From: an uncultured Rhodospirillaceae bacterium
Lineage (GTDB): Bacteria; Pseudomonadota; Alphaproteobacteria; UBA11136
Length of the DNA: 62,520 nt
Assembly: GCA_964482135.1 (NCBI GenBank)
Contig: CAYZWF010000009.1
Coordinates: forward strand, 1 to 62,520
Reading direction: 5' to 3'
The translations under genes were made by a program, and so were the position numbers. Shown piece after piece: positions 10,216-19,985 of the stretch. Under the pieces are notes generated by a model, which saw only the letters and a program-made list of their open reading frames with translations, was not told the origin of the DNA and did no database searches. The stretch's first letter is position 1. Each line of letters opens with the position of its first letter.

Positions 10216-10344
10216 ATAGAGGGGAAAAAATGTGGTGCAGTTTCTTTAAAAAAAATCTAAATACCCTTCCACGGTTTTTTGCGGCATGAATTTTAATCTG
10301 TTGCATGCCGCTGTTACGGTGGATGATGGGATGAGAGACAAGGA

Positions 10345-11763
10345 ATGAACCAGACCGAATCATATAACGAACATGTGATCCGCCAGTTCGTGGTGGCGAC
10401 CATGTTCTGGGGGGTTGTCGGTTTCCTGGCCGGCGTCTATATCGCCCTGCAACTGGCCTGGCCGGTTTTCAATCTCGATCTCGAATGGTTTTCCTTCGGC
10501 CGTTTGCGCCCGCTCCACACCAGCGCCGTGATCTTCGCTTTCGGCGGCAATGCCCTTCTCGGCACCTCCTTTTACGTGGTGCAGCGCACCTGCCGCGCGC
10601 CTTTGTTCGGCGGACCGGCGCTGGCGCAGTTCGTGTTCTGGGGCTACCAGCTGTTCATCGTCATGGCCGCGCTGAGCTATGTGCTGGGCGTCACCCAGGG
10701 CCGCGAATACGCCGAGCCCGAATGGTTCGTGGACCTCTGGATCACCGTCGTCTGGGTGGCCTATCTGATTATCTTCATGGGCACCGTCGTTCGGCGCCAG
10801 GAGCCGCATATCTACGTGGCCAACTGGTTCTATCTCGCTTTTATTGCCACCGTCGCGGTCCTGCATATCGTCAACAACCTGACGGTTCCGGTCTCTTTCC
10901 TGGGTGTCAAAAGCTATTCCCTCTTCGCCGGGGTTCAGGACGCCCTGACCCAGTGGTGGTATGCCCATAACGCGGTGGGCTTTTTCCTTACCGCCGGCTT
11001 CCTCGGGCTTATGTATTACTTTATCCCCAAACAGGTGAACCGTCCGGTCTATTCCTATCGCCTCTCGGTAATTCATTTCTGGGCCCTGATCTTCCTCTAT
11101 ATCTGGGCCGGACCCCATCATCTCCTCTACACGGCTCTGCCCGACTGGGCGCAGACCCTGGGCGTGGTGTTCTCGGTGATGCTGTGGATGCCCTCCTGGG
11201 GCGGCATGATCAACGGCCTCATGACCATATCGGGGGCCTGGGACAAGCTGCGCACCGATCCGGTGCTGCGTTTCATGGTGGCCGGGCTCGGCTTCTACGG
11301 CATGAGCACCTTCGAAGGTCCGGTCATGTCCATCAAGGCGGTGAACGCGCTCTCTCATTACACCGACTGGACCATCGGCCATGTGCATTCGGGCGCTCTG
11401 GGCTGGGTCGGATTTATCACTTTCGGCGCGATTTATTTCCTGGTGCCCCGGCTCTGGGGACGGGACTCGCTCTACAGCGACAAACTGGTGAACACCCATT
11501 TCTGGATTTCCACCATGGGCATCGTTTTCTACATCGTCGCCATGTGGGTTTCGGGGATCATGCAGGGCCTCATGTGGAAGGCCTATGACAGCCTCGGCTT
11601 CCTGCAATATTCCTTCGCCGAGACCGTGGACGCCATGCATCCCTTCTATGTGATCCGTATGCTGGGCGGCCTGCTGTTCCTCATCGGTTCCCTGATCATG
11701 GCCTATAACCTGTGGCGTACGATTCGCGGCGATGCCCCGCGGCTGGTCGCGGCGGCGGCCTGA
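10345..11763 (+). CDS. ccoN: cbb3-type cytochrome c oxidase subunit I
   Basis: [51 protein letters not shown]. Confidence 0.97.
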   Translation: MNQTESYNEHVIRQFVVATMFWGVVGFLAGVYIALQLAWPVFNLDLEWFSFGRLRPLHTSAVIFAFGGNALLGTSFYVVQRTCRAPLFGGPALAQFVFWGYQLFIVMAALSYVLGVTQGREYAEPEWFVDLWITVVWVAYLIIFMGTVVRRQEPHIYVANWFYLAFIATVAVLHIVNNLTVPVSFLGVKSYSLFAGVQDALTQWWYAHNAVGFFLTAGFLGLMYYFIPKQVNRPVYSYRLSVIHFWALIFLYIWAGPHHLLYTALPDWAQTLGVVFSVMLWMPSWGGMINGLMTISGAWDKLRTDPVLRFMVAGLGFYGMSTFEGPVMSIKAVNALSHYTDWTIGHVHSGALGWVGFITFGAIYFLVPRLWGRDSLYSDKLVNTHFWISTMGIVFYIVAMWVSGIMQGLMWKAYDSLGFLQYSFAETVDAMHPFYVIRMLGGLLFLIGSLIMAYNLWRTIRGDAPRLVAAAA

Positions 11764-11777
11764 GGGAGGGAACAGCC

Positions 11778-12503
11778 ATGAAATTCAGTAATGCTCCCTT
11801 CGAGAAGAACGTCCTGCTGCTGTTGATCGCTACCCTGATTACCATTTCCATCGGCGGTATCGTCGAGATCGTGCCGCTCTACACCATCGAGAGCACCATC
11901 GAAAAGGTGGACGGCGTGCGCCCCTATTCGCCGCTGGAGCTGGCCGGGCGCAATATCTATATCCGCGAGGGCTGTTACGTCTGCCATTCGCAGCAAATTC
12001 GCCCCTTCCGCGACGAGGTGGAGCGTTACGGCCATTACAGCCTCGCCGCCGAAAGCATGTATGACCATCCCTTCCAGTGGGGGTCAAAGCGCACCGGACC
12101 CGATCTCGCCCGTGTCGGCGGCAAGTATTCCAACGAATGGCATGTGGCGCATCTCATCAATCCGCGCGCCGTGGTGCCGGAATCCATCATGCCCGGCTAT
12201 GCCTTTCTCGCCGAACGCCCGCTGGGCTACGAGGACATCGCGGCCCATCTCGAGGCCTTGCGCGTCACCGGCGTTCCCTACAGCGACGATATGATCGCCA
12301 ATGCCCGTGCCGATCTCGATGCCCAGGACGATCCCGACGCCGACACCGACGGCCTGCTGGCGCGCTATCCCAAGGCGGTGATCGGTGATTTCGACGGTGA
12401 TCTCGGCCCCCTTACCGAAATGGACGCCCTCGTGGCCTATCTACAGATGCTGGGAACGCTGGTGGATTTCACCCGTTACGGCACCCAGGATCTTCAGCAA
12501 TAG
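11778..12503 (+). CDS. ccoO: cbb3-type cytochrome c oxidase subunit II
   Basis: [10 protein letters not shown] heme c motif, [15 protein letters not shown]; ATG at 11778 after GGGAGG. Confidence 0.96.
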   Translation: MKFSNAPFEKNVLLLLIATLITISIGGIVEIVPLYTIESTIEKVDGVRPYSPLELAGRNIYIREGCYVCHSQQIRPFRDEVERYGHYSLAAESMYDHPFQWGSKRTGPDLARVGGKYSNEWHVAHLINPRAVVPESIMPGYAFLAERPLGYEDIAAHLEALRVTGVPYSDDMIANARADLDAQDDPDADTDGLLARYPKAVIGDFDGDLGPLTEMDALVAYLQMLGTLVDFTRYGTQDLQQ

Positions 12504-12512
12504 GAGGCCGTG

Positions 12513-12668
12513 ATGGACATTCAGGAAATCGCCATGACGCTTCGCTCCTTCTGGGGGCTGTGGCTGATGCTTCTTTTCGTGGGCATTGTTGTCTGGACCT
12601 TCTGGCCCAGCCAGGCGCGGAAACGGGAGATGATGGATCACGCCAACATCCCCTTTCGCGAGGAATGA
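12513..12668 (+). CDS. ccoQ: cbb3-type cytochrome c oxidase subunit IV (51 aa; absent from supplied ORF track)
   Basis: Own translation MDIQEIAMTLRSFWGLWLMLLFVGIVVWTFWPSQARKREMMDHANIPFREE; AGGAGG RBS; position between ccoO and ccoP. Confidence 0.92.
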   Translation: MDIQEIAMTLRSFWGLWLMLLFVGIVVWTFWPSQARKREMMDHANIPFREE

Positions 12669-12689
12669 GACGGGGACGAGGAACCGCAT

Positions 12690-13568
12690 ATGCCGACTAA
12701 AGTTGAAAAAGACGCCATTACCGGGACCGAAACCACCGGTCACGAATGGGATGGAATCAAGGAACTCGACACGCCCATGCCGAGATGGTGGCTCTATACA
12801 TTTTACGCCACCATTCTTTTCGCCGTCATTTACATGGTTCTCTATCCTTCGGTGCCGTGGGTGGGGGAGGCCGGCTACACCAGGGGTGTTCTCGGCTTCT
12901 CGCAACGGGTGGAATTGGAAGAGAGCATGGCCAAGGCGCGTAGCGAACAGGCAGTCTATCTGGAAAAACTCGAAGCCGCTTCCTTGGAAGGCATCCTCGA
13001 TGATCCCGAACTGGTGAACTTCGCCCTCGCCGGGGGGCGTACCGCATTCGCCGATAACTGTGTGCCCTGTCATGGCGCGGGCGGCGCCGGCGGGCCGGGA
13101 TATCCGGTTCTCGCCGACGATGACTGGCTCTGGGGCGGCTCGCTGGAAGAGGTTTATGTCACGCTACGGCACGGGATCCGCTGGCCCGGTGACGATGATA
13201 CCCGCGACAGCGCCATGCCTGCCTTCGGCAGCGACGAACTGCTTGATGGTGCCCAGATCAATGACGTGGCCGAATATGTCCTTGCCTTGTCCAACAGCGC
13301 CGGGGACGAAGCCGCGGCCGCGCGGGGCGGCGCGGTCTATGCGGAAAACTGCGCCGCCTGTCATGGTGACGGGGGCGAGGGCAACCGTGAATTCGGCGCG
13401 CCGCGCCTCACCGACGCCATCTGGCTTTACGGCGGCGACAAACAGGAGGTGGTGGAAACCATCACCAAGAGCAGGAATGGCGCCATGCCTGCCTGGAAAG
13501 ACCGCCTCGACGACAGCACCGTCAAACAGCTTGCCGTTTACGTTCATTCCCTTGGGGGGGGAGAATAA
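12690..13568 (+). CDS. ccoP: cbb3-type cytochrome c oxidase subunit III (diheme)
   Basis: TTGHEWDGIKELDTPMPRWW; CVPCH and CAACH heme motifs. Confidence 0.96.
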   Translation: MPTKVEKDAITGTETTGHEWDGIKELDTPMPRWWLYTFYATILFAVIYMVLYPSVPWVGEAGYTRGVLGFSQRVELEESMAKARSEQAVYLEKLEAASLEGILDDPELVNFALAGGRTAFADNCVPCHGAGGAGGPGYPVLADDDWLWGGSLEEVYVTLRHGIRWPGDDDTRDSAMPAFGSDELLDGAQINDVAEYVLALSNSAGDEAAAARGGAVYAENCAACHGDGGEGNREFGAPRLTDAIWLYGGDKQEVVETITKSRNGAMPAWKDRLDDSTVKQLAVYVHSLGGGE

Positions 13569-13595
13569 CGGGCCGGACTCTCCGGAGGTCCCTCT

Positions 13596-15110
13596 GTGAT
13601 GAAAGAAGTTCCCGCCACCGGCGTTGAAACCCTCGACGTTCTCTCGGCCAGGACCCAAAAGGAAATCATCAAGGCGGCCCAAGAGGCCGCCAAGGTGTCC
13701 GGCGGGCCTCTCTACGCCAAGCGTGTCCAGATCTATCCCAAGGACGTGTCGGGCGCGTTCCGCCGTTTCAAATGGGCGGCGCTGGTGGTTCTGCTGGGCA
13801 TCTATTACATCGCGCCGTGGATACGCTGGGACCGTGGCCCTGGCGTTCCCGACCAGGCCCTGCTGGTGGATATGATGGGCCAGCGCGCCTATTTCCTCTG
13901 GCTCGAGACCTGGCCCCAGGAAATCTATTATCTCGCCGGATTGCTGATCCTCGCCGCCGTGGGCCTGTTTCTCGTTACCGCTCTGTTCGGCCGTGTGTGG
14001 TGTGGTTTCGCCTGCCCCCAGACGGCGTGGACGGACCTTTTCATGTGGGTGGAGCGCAGGATCGAAGGCGACCGTAACGCCCGCATCAAGCTCGATGAGG
14101 GGCCGCTGACGCTGGATAAGGCGCTGAAAAAAATCGCCAAACATGCAGGTTGGCTTGTGATCTCCCTGCTCACCGGCGGCGCCTGGATCATGTATTTCAC
14201 CGACGCCCCGACCCTGGTTCATGATCTCGTTCATTTTCAGGCGGGTCAGGTGGCGCTTTTCTTTATCGGCCTGTTTACCGCCACCACCTATGTTCTGGGC
14301 GGCATCGCCCGCGAACAGGTCTGCACCTATATGTGCCCCTGGCCCCGTTTCCAGGCGGCCATGTTCGACGAAGATTCTATGATCGTCACCTATGAAGCCT
14401 GGCGCGGCGAACCCCGGGGCAAGCACAAGGCGGGAACGGATTGGGAAGGCCGGGGTCATTGCGTGGACTGTAATCAGTGCGTTGCCGTATGTCCCACCGG
14501 CACCGATATCCGCGACGGCAACCAGCTCGAATGTATCGGCTGCGGCTTGTGTATCGACGCTTGCAACCATGTGATGGACATCGTCAAACTGCCGCGCGGG
14601 CTCATCACCTATGACACCATGTCGTGCAGCGCCGCCCGCGCCGAGGACCGCCCCACCCGCTATCGGCTGGTACGGCCGCGCACCCTGATATATTCCGGGC
14701 TGTTCGCGGTTGTGGGGCTGCTGATGCTGGGAACCCTGCTGTCCCGCGCCAGCTTCGATGTCAACGTGGTGCGCGACCGTAATCCTCTCTACGTGACCCT
14801 TTCCGACGGCGCCATCCGCAACGGTTATACGGTGAAGATTCTCAACATGAGCCGGGAGCCCCGCGGTTTCGAGCTTGTGGCCCATGGCCTGCCGCGGGCA
14901 GAATTAAACCTTGGCGGCCAGGAAGCCCTTCCCGGCGCCCTGATTTTGACCGCGCCGCCCAACAGCGTCGCCGGCTATCGGGTTTTTGTCCGCATACCGG
15001 CCGGCGCGGTAACGGAGGAGATCACCGCCATGGTGTTCTCCGTCACCGAAACCGGACAGGAGGAAACCGTGACCCATGACTCGGTGTTCCGGGGGCCGGC
15101 GCGGAAATGA
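13596..15110 (+). CDS. ccoG: Cytochrome c oxidase accessory protein CcoG/FixG (ferredoxin-like membrane protein)
   Basis: GRVWCGFACPQT, CTYMCPWPRFQ, CVDCNQCVAVCP, CIGCGLCIDAC; start may be ATG 13599. Confidence 0.95.
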   Translation: MMKEVPATGVETLDVLSARTQKEIIKAAQEAAKVSGGPLYAKRVQIYPKDVSGAFRRFKWAALVVLLGIYYIAPWIRWDRGPGVPDQALLVDMMGQRAYFLWLETWPQEIYYLAGLLILAAVGLFLVTALFGRVWCGFACPQTAWTDLFMWVERRIEGDRNARIKLDEGPLTLDKALKKIAKHAGWLVISLLTGGAWIMYFTDAPTLVHDLVHFQAGQVALFFIGLFTATTYVLGGIAREQVCTYMCPWPRFQAAMFDEDSMIVTYEAWRGEPRGKHKAGTDWEGRGHCVDCNQCVAVCPTGTDIRDGNQLECIGCGLCIDACNHVMDIVKLPRGLITYDTMSCSAARAEDRPTRYRLVRPRTLIYSGLFAVVGLLMLGTLLSRASFDVNVVRDRNPLYVTLSDGAIRNGYTVKILNMSREPRGFELVAHGLPRAELNLGGQEALPGALILTAPPNSVAGYRVFVRIPAGAVTEEITAMVFSVTETGQEETVTHDSVFRGPARK

Positions 15111-15619
15111 CGCAACGGGCAACAGCGGGCAAGACAATGACCAATAGCAAGAGATCATCCATTCCCTTCTGGTTTGCCGGTTGTTTTGCCGTAGTCCTTC
15201 TCGCCAACGGCATCCTGGTCTATTTCGCCCTCAATTCCTGGACCGGGCTCGAGGCCGAACAGCCCTACAGCAAGGGGCTTGCCTATAACCGGATTCTGGA
15301 AACGGAGAAGCAACAGGCGGCCTTGGGATGGCGGGTCGTCCTTGAGTTCGCGCCTGACGACTCCGCCCCGCAAGCCGGAACCGTGATCCTCAAGGCCGCC
15401 GATAGTGATGGTCTGCCCCTCGACGGGGCCAGGGCTGAAATCCGCTTTATCCGTCCCACCCATGAAGGCTACGACCGTGACCTGATTCTGGAATCCCGTG
15501 GCGGTGGGCTTTACCAGGCCCATGTGGAGCTGCCGCTGGGAGGTGTCTGGGATATCCGCGCTTCCCTGCGGGCGGATGGAAACGCACACCGGGTGACACA
15601 GCGGATCGTGGTCCGCTAA
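15107..15619 (+). CDS. ccoH: CcoH/FixH family protein
   Basis: Single TM (FAVVLLANGILVYFA), PYSKGLAYN, QAALGW, RPT..G.D, G.WD; position in ccoGHIS. Confidence 0.88.
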   Translation: MTQRATAGKTMTNSKRSSIPFWFAGCFAVVLLANGILVYFALNSWTGLEAEQPYSKGLAYNRILETEKQQAALGWRVVLEFAPDDSAPQAGTVILKAADSDGLPLDGARAEIRFIRPTHEGYDRDLILESRGGGLYQAHVELPLGGVWDIRASLRADGNAHRVTQRIVVR

Positions 15620-15622
15620 TTC

Positions 15623-17809
15623 ATGGAGTCCGCCACCACCACCGTTTCCGACTGGACACCATATATCCGGGAAGAACCCGACGGCGCGGCCTCTCTCTCC
15701 TTTCTCGTGGACGGCGTCACCTGCGGCGGTTGCGTGGCGCGGATCGAATCGGCGTTGGCCAAGGAACCCGGCGTGGTCAAAGCGCGGGTCAATCTGACGG
15801 CGAAACGGCTGGGACTCACTTGGCGGCCCGGTGAAACCGATCCCGTGACTCTGGCCGAGAAGGTGGGGGCGCTGGGCTACCGTCTCGTGCCCTTCGATCC
15901 AGCGGCCCTCGATTCCGGTGACGATCAACGGCAACGTTTTTTGTTGCGGGCGCTGGCCGTGGCCGGGTTCGCGGCGGCCAATGTGATGCTGCTTTCGGTG
16001 GCGGTCTGGGCTGGCTATGGGCAGGAGATGGGGCCTGTCACCCGCGATCTGCTGCACTGGGTGTCGGCCTTGATCGCACTTCCCGCCATCGCCTACAGCG
16101 GCCGTCCCTTCTTTTATTCCGCCGCCGGGGTTCTGCGTCACGGCGCCATCAACATGGACGTGCCGATCTCGCTGGCGGTTCTCCTGGCGGCCATGATGAG
16201 CTTGTTCCAGACGGCGAGCGGGGCTGAACACGTCTATTTCGATTCCGCCGTGGCCCTGTTGTTCTTTCTTCTCGTGGGACGTTATCTCGATTGCCGCGCC
16301 CGTGGCCGTGTGCGTTCGGCGGCCCATCACCTGCTGGCCATGAAGGCGGTGGCGGTGACGGTGGTAACCGATGACGGCGCTTCGCGCATCGTGCCGCCGG
16401 AAAGCGTGACGCCGGGAATGACGGTGCTGGTGGCGGCGGGCGAACAGGTGCCGGTGGATGGCGTGGTGAGTGACGGCGCCAGCGACGTGGATACCGGCCT
16501 CATCAGCGGCGAGAGCGTGCCCGCGACGGTGGGCGGCGGCGACCGCGTCTTCGCCGGAACCCTCAACCTCACTGGCGCTTTGCGGTTGCGGGTGACGGCG
16601 GTGGGGGAGGGCACCCTGCTTGCGGAGATCGCCCGTCTGGTGGAACTGGGCGAACAGGGACGCGCCCGCTATGTGGTCATCGCCGACAGGGCGGCACGGA
16701 TTTACGCACCGCTGGTGCATACCCTGGCCCTGCTCACCTTCATGGGCTGGATGGCGTTCTCTCAGGTGGGCTGGCAGGCGGCGTTGCTCAACGCCATCGC
16801 CGTGCTCATCATTACCTGTCCCTGCGCCCTTGGGCTGGCGGTGCCGGTGGTACAGGTGCTCGCCTGCGGGCGCCTTCTGCGCAACGGCATTCTCCTCAAA
16901 TCGGCCACCGCTTTGGAACGTCTGGCCGAGGCCGGCCATGTGGTGTTCGACAAGACCGGCACCCTCACCGCGGGCTGTCCCGAACTCTTGCCTGACGGGG
17001 AATGGACGGAGGCCGACCTGGCCGAAGCCGCCGCTCTCGCCACCGCCAGCCGCCATCCCTTGGCGCGGGCTCTGTGTCGCGCCGCGCCGGAGGTGGCCGT
17101 CGCCATGGGAGTAAAGGAAATTCCCGGCTGCGGCCTGGAATCGGGAGATGCGCGTCTTGGCAGCCGCGCCTTTACGGATGTGGCCGATGACGGCGCTGGG
17201 CAAGGCCCGGAGCTGTGGCTGTCGCGGCCCGGTGTTGCGCCCGTCTGCTTTGCCTTTTCCGATTCCCTGCGCGGGGACGCCGAGGCGGTGGTGGTGGCGC
17301 TCAAGGCAAGAGGTTTGTCGGTATCGCTGTTGTCGGGGGATCGCGAAGCGGCGGTGGCGGCGGTGGCGCAAAAACTGGGGATCGCCGATTGGGAAGCCCA
17401 ATGCACGCCAGCCGAAAAACTCGATCGGTTGCAGGAACTTAAAAACCAGGGCCATCGCGTCATGATGGTGGGGGACGGCCTCAACGACGCGCCGGCGCTG
17501 GCCGGGGCTTTCGTTTCCCTGTCTCCGGCGGACGCCCCCGATATCAGCCAGACATCCGCCGATGCGGTGTTCCAGGGGTCGCGTCTGGCTCCGGTGGTGG
17601 AAATCCTGGACGTGGCGCGCCGTTCCGCTCAGTTGGTAAAACAGAATTTCGCCCTCGCCTTCCTCTATAACGCCGTCACCATTCCCCTGGCGGTGGCGGG
17701 GCTGGTGACGCCGCTGCTGGCGGCGGTGGCCATGTCCCTGTCCTCGCTGGCGGTGATGGGGAATTCCCTGCGCCTGGCGGCCCGGCGAAGCCCAGCGGGC
17801 ATGTGCTGA
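15623..17809 (+). CDS. ccoI: Cu-transporting P1B-type ATPase CcoI/FixI
   Basis: HMA motif CGGC, SGES, CPCALGLA, DKTGTLT, GDGLNDAPAL, YN. Confidence 0.95.
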   Translation: MESATTTVSDWTPYIREEPDGAASLSFLVDGVTCGGCVARIESALAKEPGVVKARVNLTAKRLGLTWRPGETDPVTLAEKVGALGYRLVPFDPAALDSGDDQRQRFLLRALAVAGFAAANVMLLSVAVWAGYGQEMGPVTRDLLHWVSALIALPAIAYSGRPFFYSAAGVLRHGAINMDVPISLAVLLAAMMSLFQTASGAEHVYFDSAVALLFFLLVGRYLDCRARGRVRSAAHHLLAMKAVAVTVVTDDGASRIVPPESVTPGMTVLVAAGEQVPVDGVVSDGASDVDTGLISGESVPATVGGGDRVFAGTLNLTGALRLRVTAVGEGTLLAEIARLVELGEQGRARYVVIADRAARIYAPLVHTLALLTFMGWMAFSQVGWQAALLNAIAVLIITCPCALGLAVPVVQVLACGRLLRNGILLKSATALERLAEAGHVVFDKTGTLTAGCPELLPDGEWTEADLAEAAALATASRHPLARALCRAAPEVAVAMGVKEIPGCGLESGDARLGSRAFTDVADDGAGQGPELWLSRPGVAPVCFAFSDSLRGDAEAVVVALKARGLSVSLLSGDREAAVAAVAQKLGIADWEAQCTPAEKLDRLQELKNQGHRVMMVGDGLNDAPALAGAFVSLSPADAPDISQTSADAVFQGSRLAPVVEILDVARRSAQLVKQNFALAFLYNAVTIPLAVAGLVTPLLAAVAMSLSSLAVMGNSLRLAARRSPAGMC

Positions 17810-18024
17810 TGGAGGCGCTTCTCTATCTCGTTCCCATCGCCCTGCTGTTGGGGCTTGGCGGGCTTGCGGCCTTTCTATGGGCGCTGAAATCGGGACAGTT
17901 CGAGGATCTCGACGGCGCCGCGGAGCGGATTCTCCACGATGAAGAGGAAAATGAAGAAGACTCCCGAAATGATTCCGGAGATGATTCCGGAGATGATTCC
18001 GGAGATGATTCTGGACCGAAATAA
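17809..18024 (+). CDS. ccoS: cbb3 assembly protein CcoS/FixS with acidic repeat tail
   Basis: MEALLYLVPIALLLG...FLWALKSGQFEDLDGAAERIL; ATG overlaps ccoI stop (TGATG). Confidence 0.93.
   Translation: MEALLYLVPIALLLGLGGLAAFLWALKSGQFEDLDGAAERILHDEEENEEDSRNDSGDDSGDDSGDDSGPK
17969..18016 (+). repeat. 12-bp tandem repeat (ATGATTCCGGAG) x4 encoding DSGD units
   Basis: Three perfect copies plus one degenerate copy (ATGATTCTGGAC). Confidence 0.95.
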
Positions 18025-18081
18025 CAGGCGGAGGCATCGCAAAGGTTGTCTCACCGCCGCAACATCGGCAAGATTTGACCC

Positions 18082-19149
18082 ATGAAGTCTTTGTTCACCA
18101 CTTTTCTCATCTGTATTTTCGTCTCGGCCGCGTCTCTCGCTACGGAATTCGACAGCGGGAGGGAAGCCTTCGACGAGGAGGATTACTCCAAGGCGCTGAA
18201 TATTTGGACGCCCCTGGCCAAACAGGGCGACCCCAATGCGCAGGCGGGGCTGGGCTATCTTTACGCCGCCGGCTTCGGCGCACCCCAGAGCTTCACCGAG
18301 GCCCTCAAGTGGTTCCGCAAGGCCGCCGAACAGGGCGACCTCACCTCCATGCGCTATCTCGGTAACATGTACCAGAAGGGTATCGGCGTGGCCCAGGACT
18401 TCGTCGAAGCCATCAAATGGTACAAGAAGGCGGGTGAAATAGGCGACGGGGAATCACTATCCGTCCTTGGTGATGCCTATAGCGGCGGCCAATGGGTGCC
18501 GCGGGACTACGCCGAGGCGGCAAAGTGGCTGACGCTCGGCGCCGAACAGGGCAATGCCTCTTCCCAGTTCAAGCTGGGCAGGATGTACTATCACGGCTGG
18601 GGGGTGAAACAGGATTTCGTCGAGGCTGCCGACTGGATCACCAAGGGCGCCGACCAGGGCGACATGCATGCGCAGAATCTTCCCGGCACCATGTATGACA
18701 GCGGCAATGGGGTAGCCCAGGATTACGCCAAGGCCATCGAGCAGTACCAAAAATCCGCCGAACAGGGCTATGCCGCCGCCCATTACAATCTCGGCAACCT
18801 GCTTTCCTTTGGCCGCGAGATTCCCGAGAACTATGACATGGCGGTGAAATGGGCGGGGGAACAGAACTATACCGAGGCCGCGCGCTGGTTCCATAAAGCC
18901 GCCGAACAGGGCAACGCCTCGGCCCAACTCAATCTCGGCGGCATGTACGCCAAGGGCAGAGGGGTGCCCAGAGACCATACCCTGGCCTATATGTGGACCC
19001 TCATCGCCACCGCCTATGCCAAGGGCGCGGTCAAGACCAAGGCCGAGCAGAACCGTGATATTCTGGTCAAGCATATGACCAGCCAGCAGATTGCCGAGGC
19101 CCAGGCCGGGGCGTTGAGTTTCCGCCCCCAGGTGATCTCAGGTCCCTAA
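18082..19149 (+). CDS. Secreted Sel1-like repeat protein
   Basis: Signal peptide; repeated AQ..LG.MY..G.GV.QD..EA..W..KAAEQG units. Confidence 0.92.
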   Translation: MKSLFTTFLICIFVSAASLATEFDSGREAFDEEDYSKALNIWTPLAKQGDPNAQAGLGYLYAAGFGAPQSFTEALKWFRKAAEQGDLTSMRYLGNMYQKGIGVAQDFVEAIKWYKKAGEIGDGESLSVLGDAYSGGQWVPRDYAEAAKWLTLGAEQGNASSQFKLGRMYYHGWGVKQDFVEAADWITKGADQGDMHAQNLPGTMYDSGNGVAQDYAKAIEQYQKSAEQGYAAAHYNLGNLLSFGREIPENYDMAVKWAGEQNYTEAARWFHKAAEQGNASAQLNLGGMYAKGRGVPRDHTLAYMWTLIATAYAKGAVKTKAEQNRDILVKHMTSQQIAEAQAGALSFRPQVISGP

Positions 19150-19191
19150 GGGCCGCCGGCTCCCTAAGGAGCGCCGCTTGCGCCCGGCTCT

Positions 19192-19863
19192 TCAGCCGCT
19201 TTCATTCCCATCCCCGCCCAGTTTTTTCACCATGTCTATGGTGAATACGGCCTTCATGGCGAGGTCCATGGTGGGATTGCGTTTGAGAAGGTTTTCAAGT
19301 TCGGTCTTGGGCCACACCACATAGCGGGTGGGGCGCAGGGTTTTCACCGTGGCCGTGGCCGCGCCGCCCTTGATAAAGGACATCTCGCCAATGAAGGTGC
19401 CGTCGCGGGAATGGGCGATTTCCCCGCCATCCCGCTCGATGGCCACCTCGCCGTTGAAGATGAGCTTCACGTCATCCATTTCCTCCCCCTGGGTAGCCAG
19501 GATTTCTCCGGGCTGTGCCGACTTCCAGGCGGCGATGCGCATGACCTTCATGAACTCCACCGGCGCGAACTGGCGGAAGATGGTGCCGAACAGTTCCTGC
19601 TCTTCTTCCGTGAACGAGACTCCCTGGCGTTCCCTGAGGATATTGAAGATACGCACGCCGTTGATGGACATGAAGACGCAGAGCCAGAAGATGGTCAGCC
19701 ACAGCGGCGCCACGGTGATGTTAAAGCTGTAGAAGACGCCGAATATCCCCGAAACGATGGCCAGTGCGCGCAGCATCAGGATATCGCGCACATAAAAAGA
19801 AAACGCCGTCAGGACGAAGGATATGTGTCCGACGGTATGGATGAGGGTCATGGACATGGGCAT
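19192..19863 (-). CDS. Membrane protein with cyclic-nucleotide-binding (Popeye-like) domain
   Basis: Three N-terminal hydrophobic segments (RDILMLRAL), then EF.K.M..A.W, G..LATQGE, LIFNGEV, FIGEMSF, ATATV. Confidence 0.75.
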   Translation of the reverse strand: MPMSMTLIHTVGHISFVLTAFSFYVRDILMLRALAIVSGIFGVFYSFNITVAPLWLTIFWLCVFMSINGVRIFNILRERQGVSFTEEEQELFGTIFRQFAPVEFMKVMRIAAWKSAQPGEILATQGEEMDDVKLIFNGEVAIERDGGEIAHSRDGTFIGEMSFIKGGAATATVKTLRPTRYVVWPKTELENLLKRNPTMDLAMKAVFTIDMVKKLGGDGNESG

Positions 19864-19985
19864 TTCCTCCGCTTCGCTGTGGCTGGGCTATGTAGGGGTC
19901 TGGCTATGGGGGGGGTGGTGAGATGTCCCTTGGTAAATTCTGGGGGTAATTTTTGGGGAGTAAAGTAAAAGTCTCCCGGCCCGCC

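Noticed and set aside
17969-18016. Possible CRISPR array
   Set aside because: 12-bp units with no spacers, in frame within ccoS; no cas genes
15155-18037. 960-aa antisense ORF over ccoHIS
   Set aside because: Shadow frame of GC-rich coding sequence; Arg/Gly/His-rich with no recognisable motif; its NHLR repeats are just the reverse of the ccoS minisatellite
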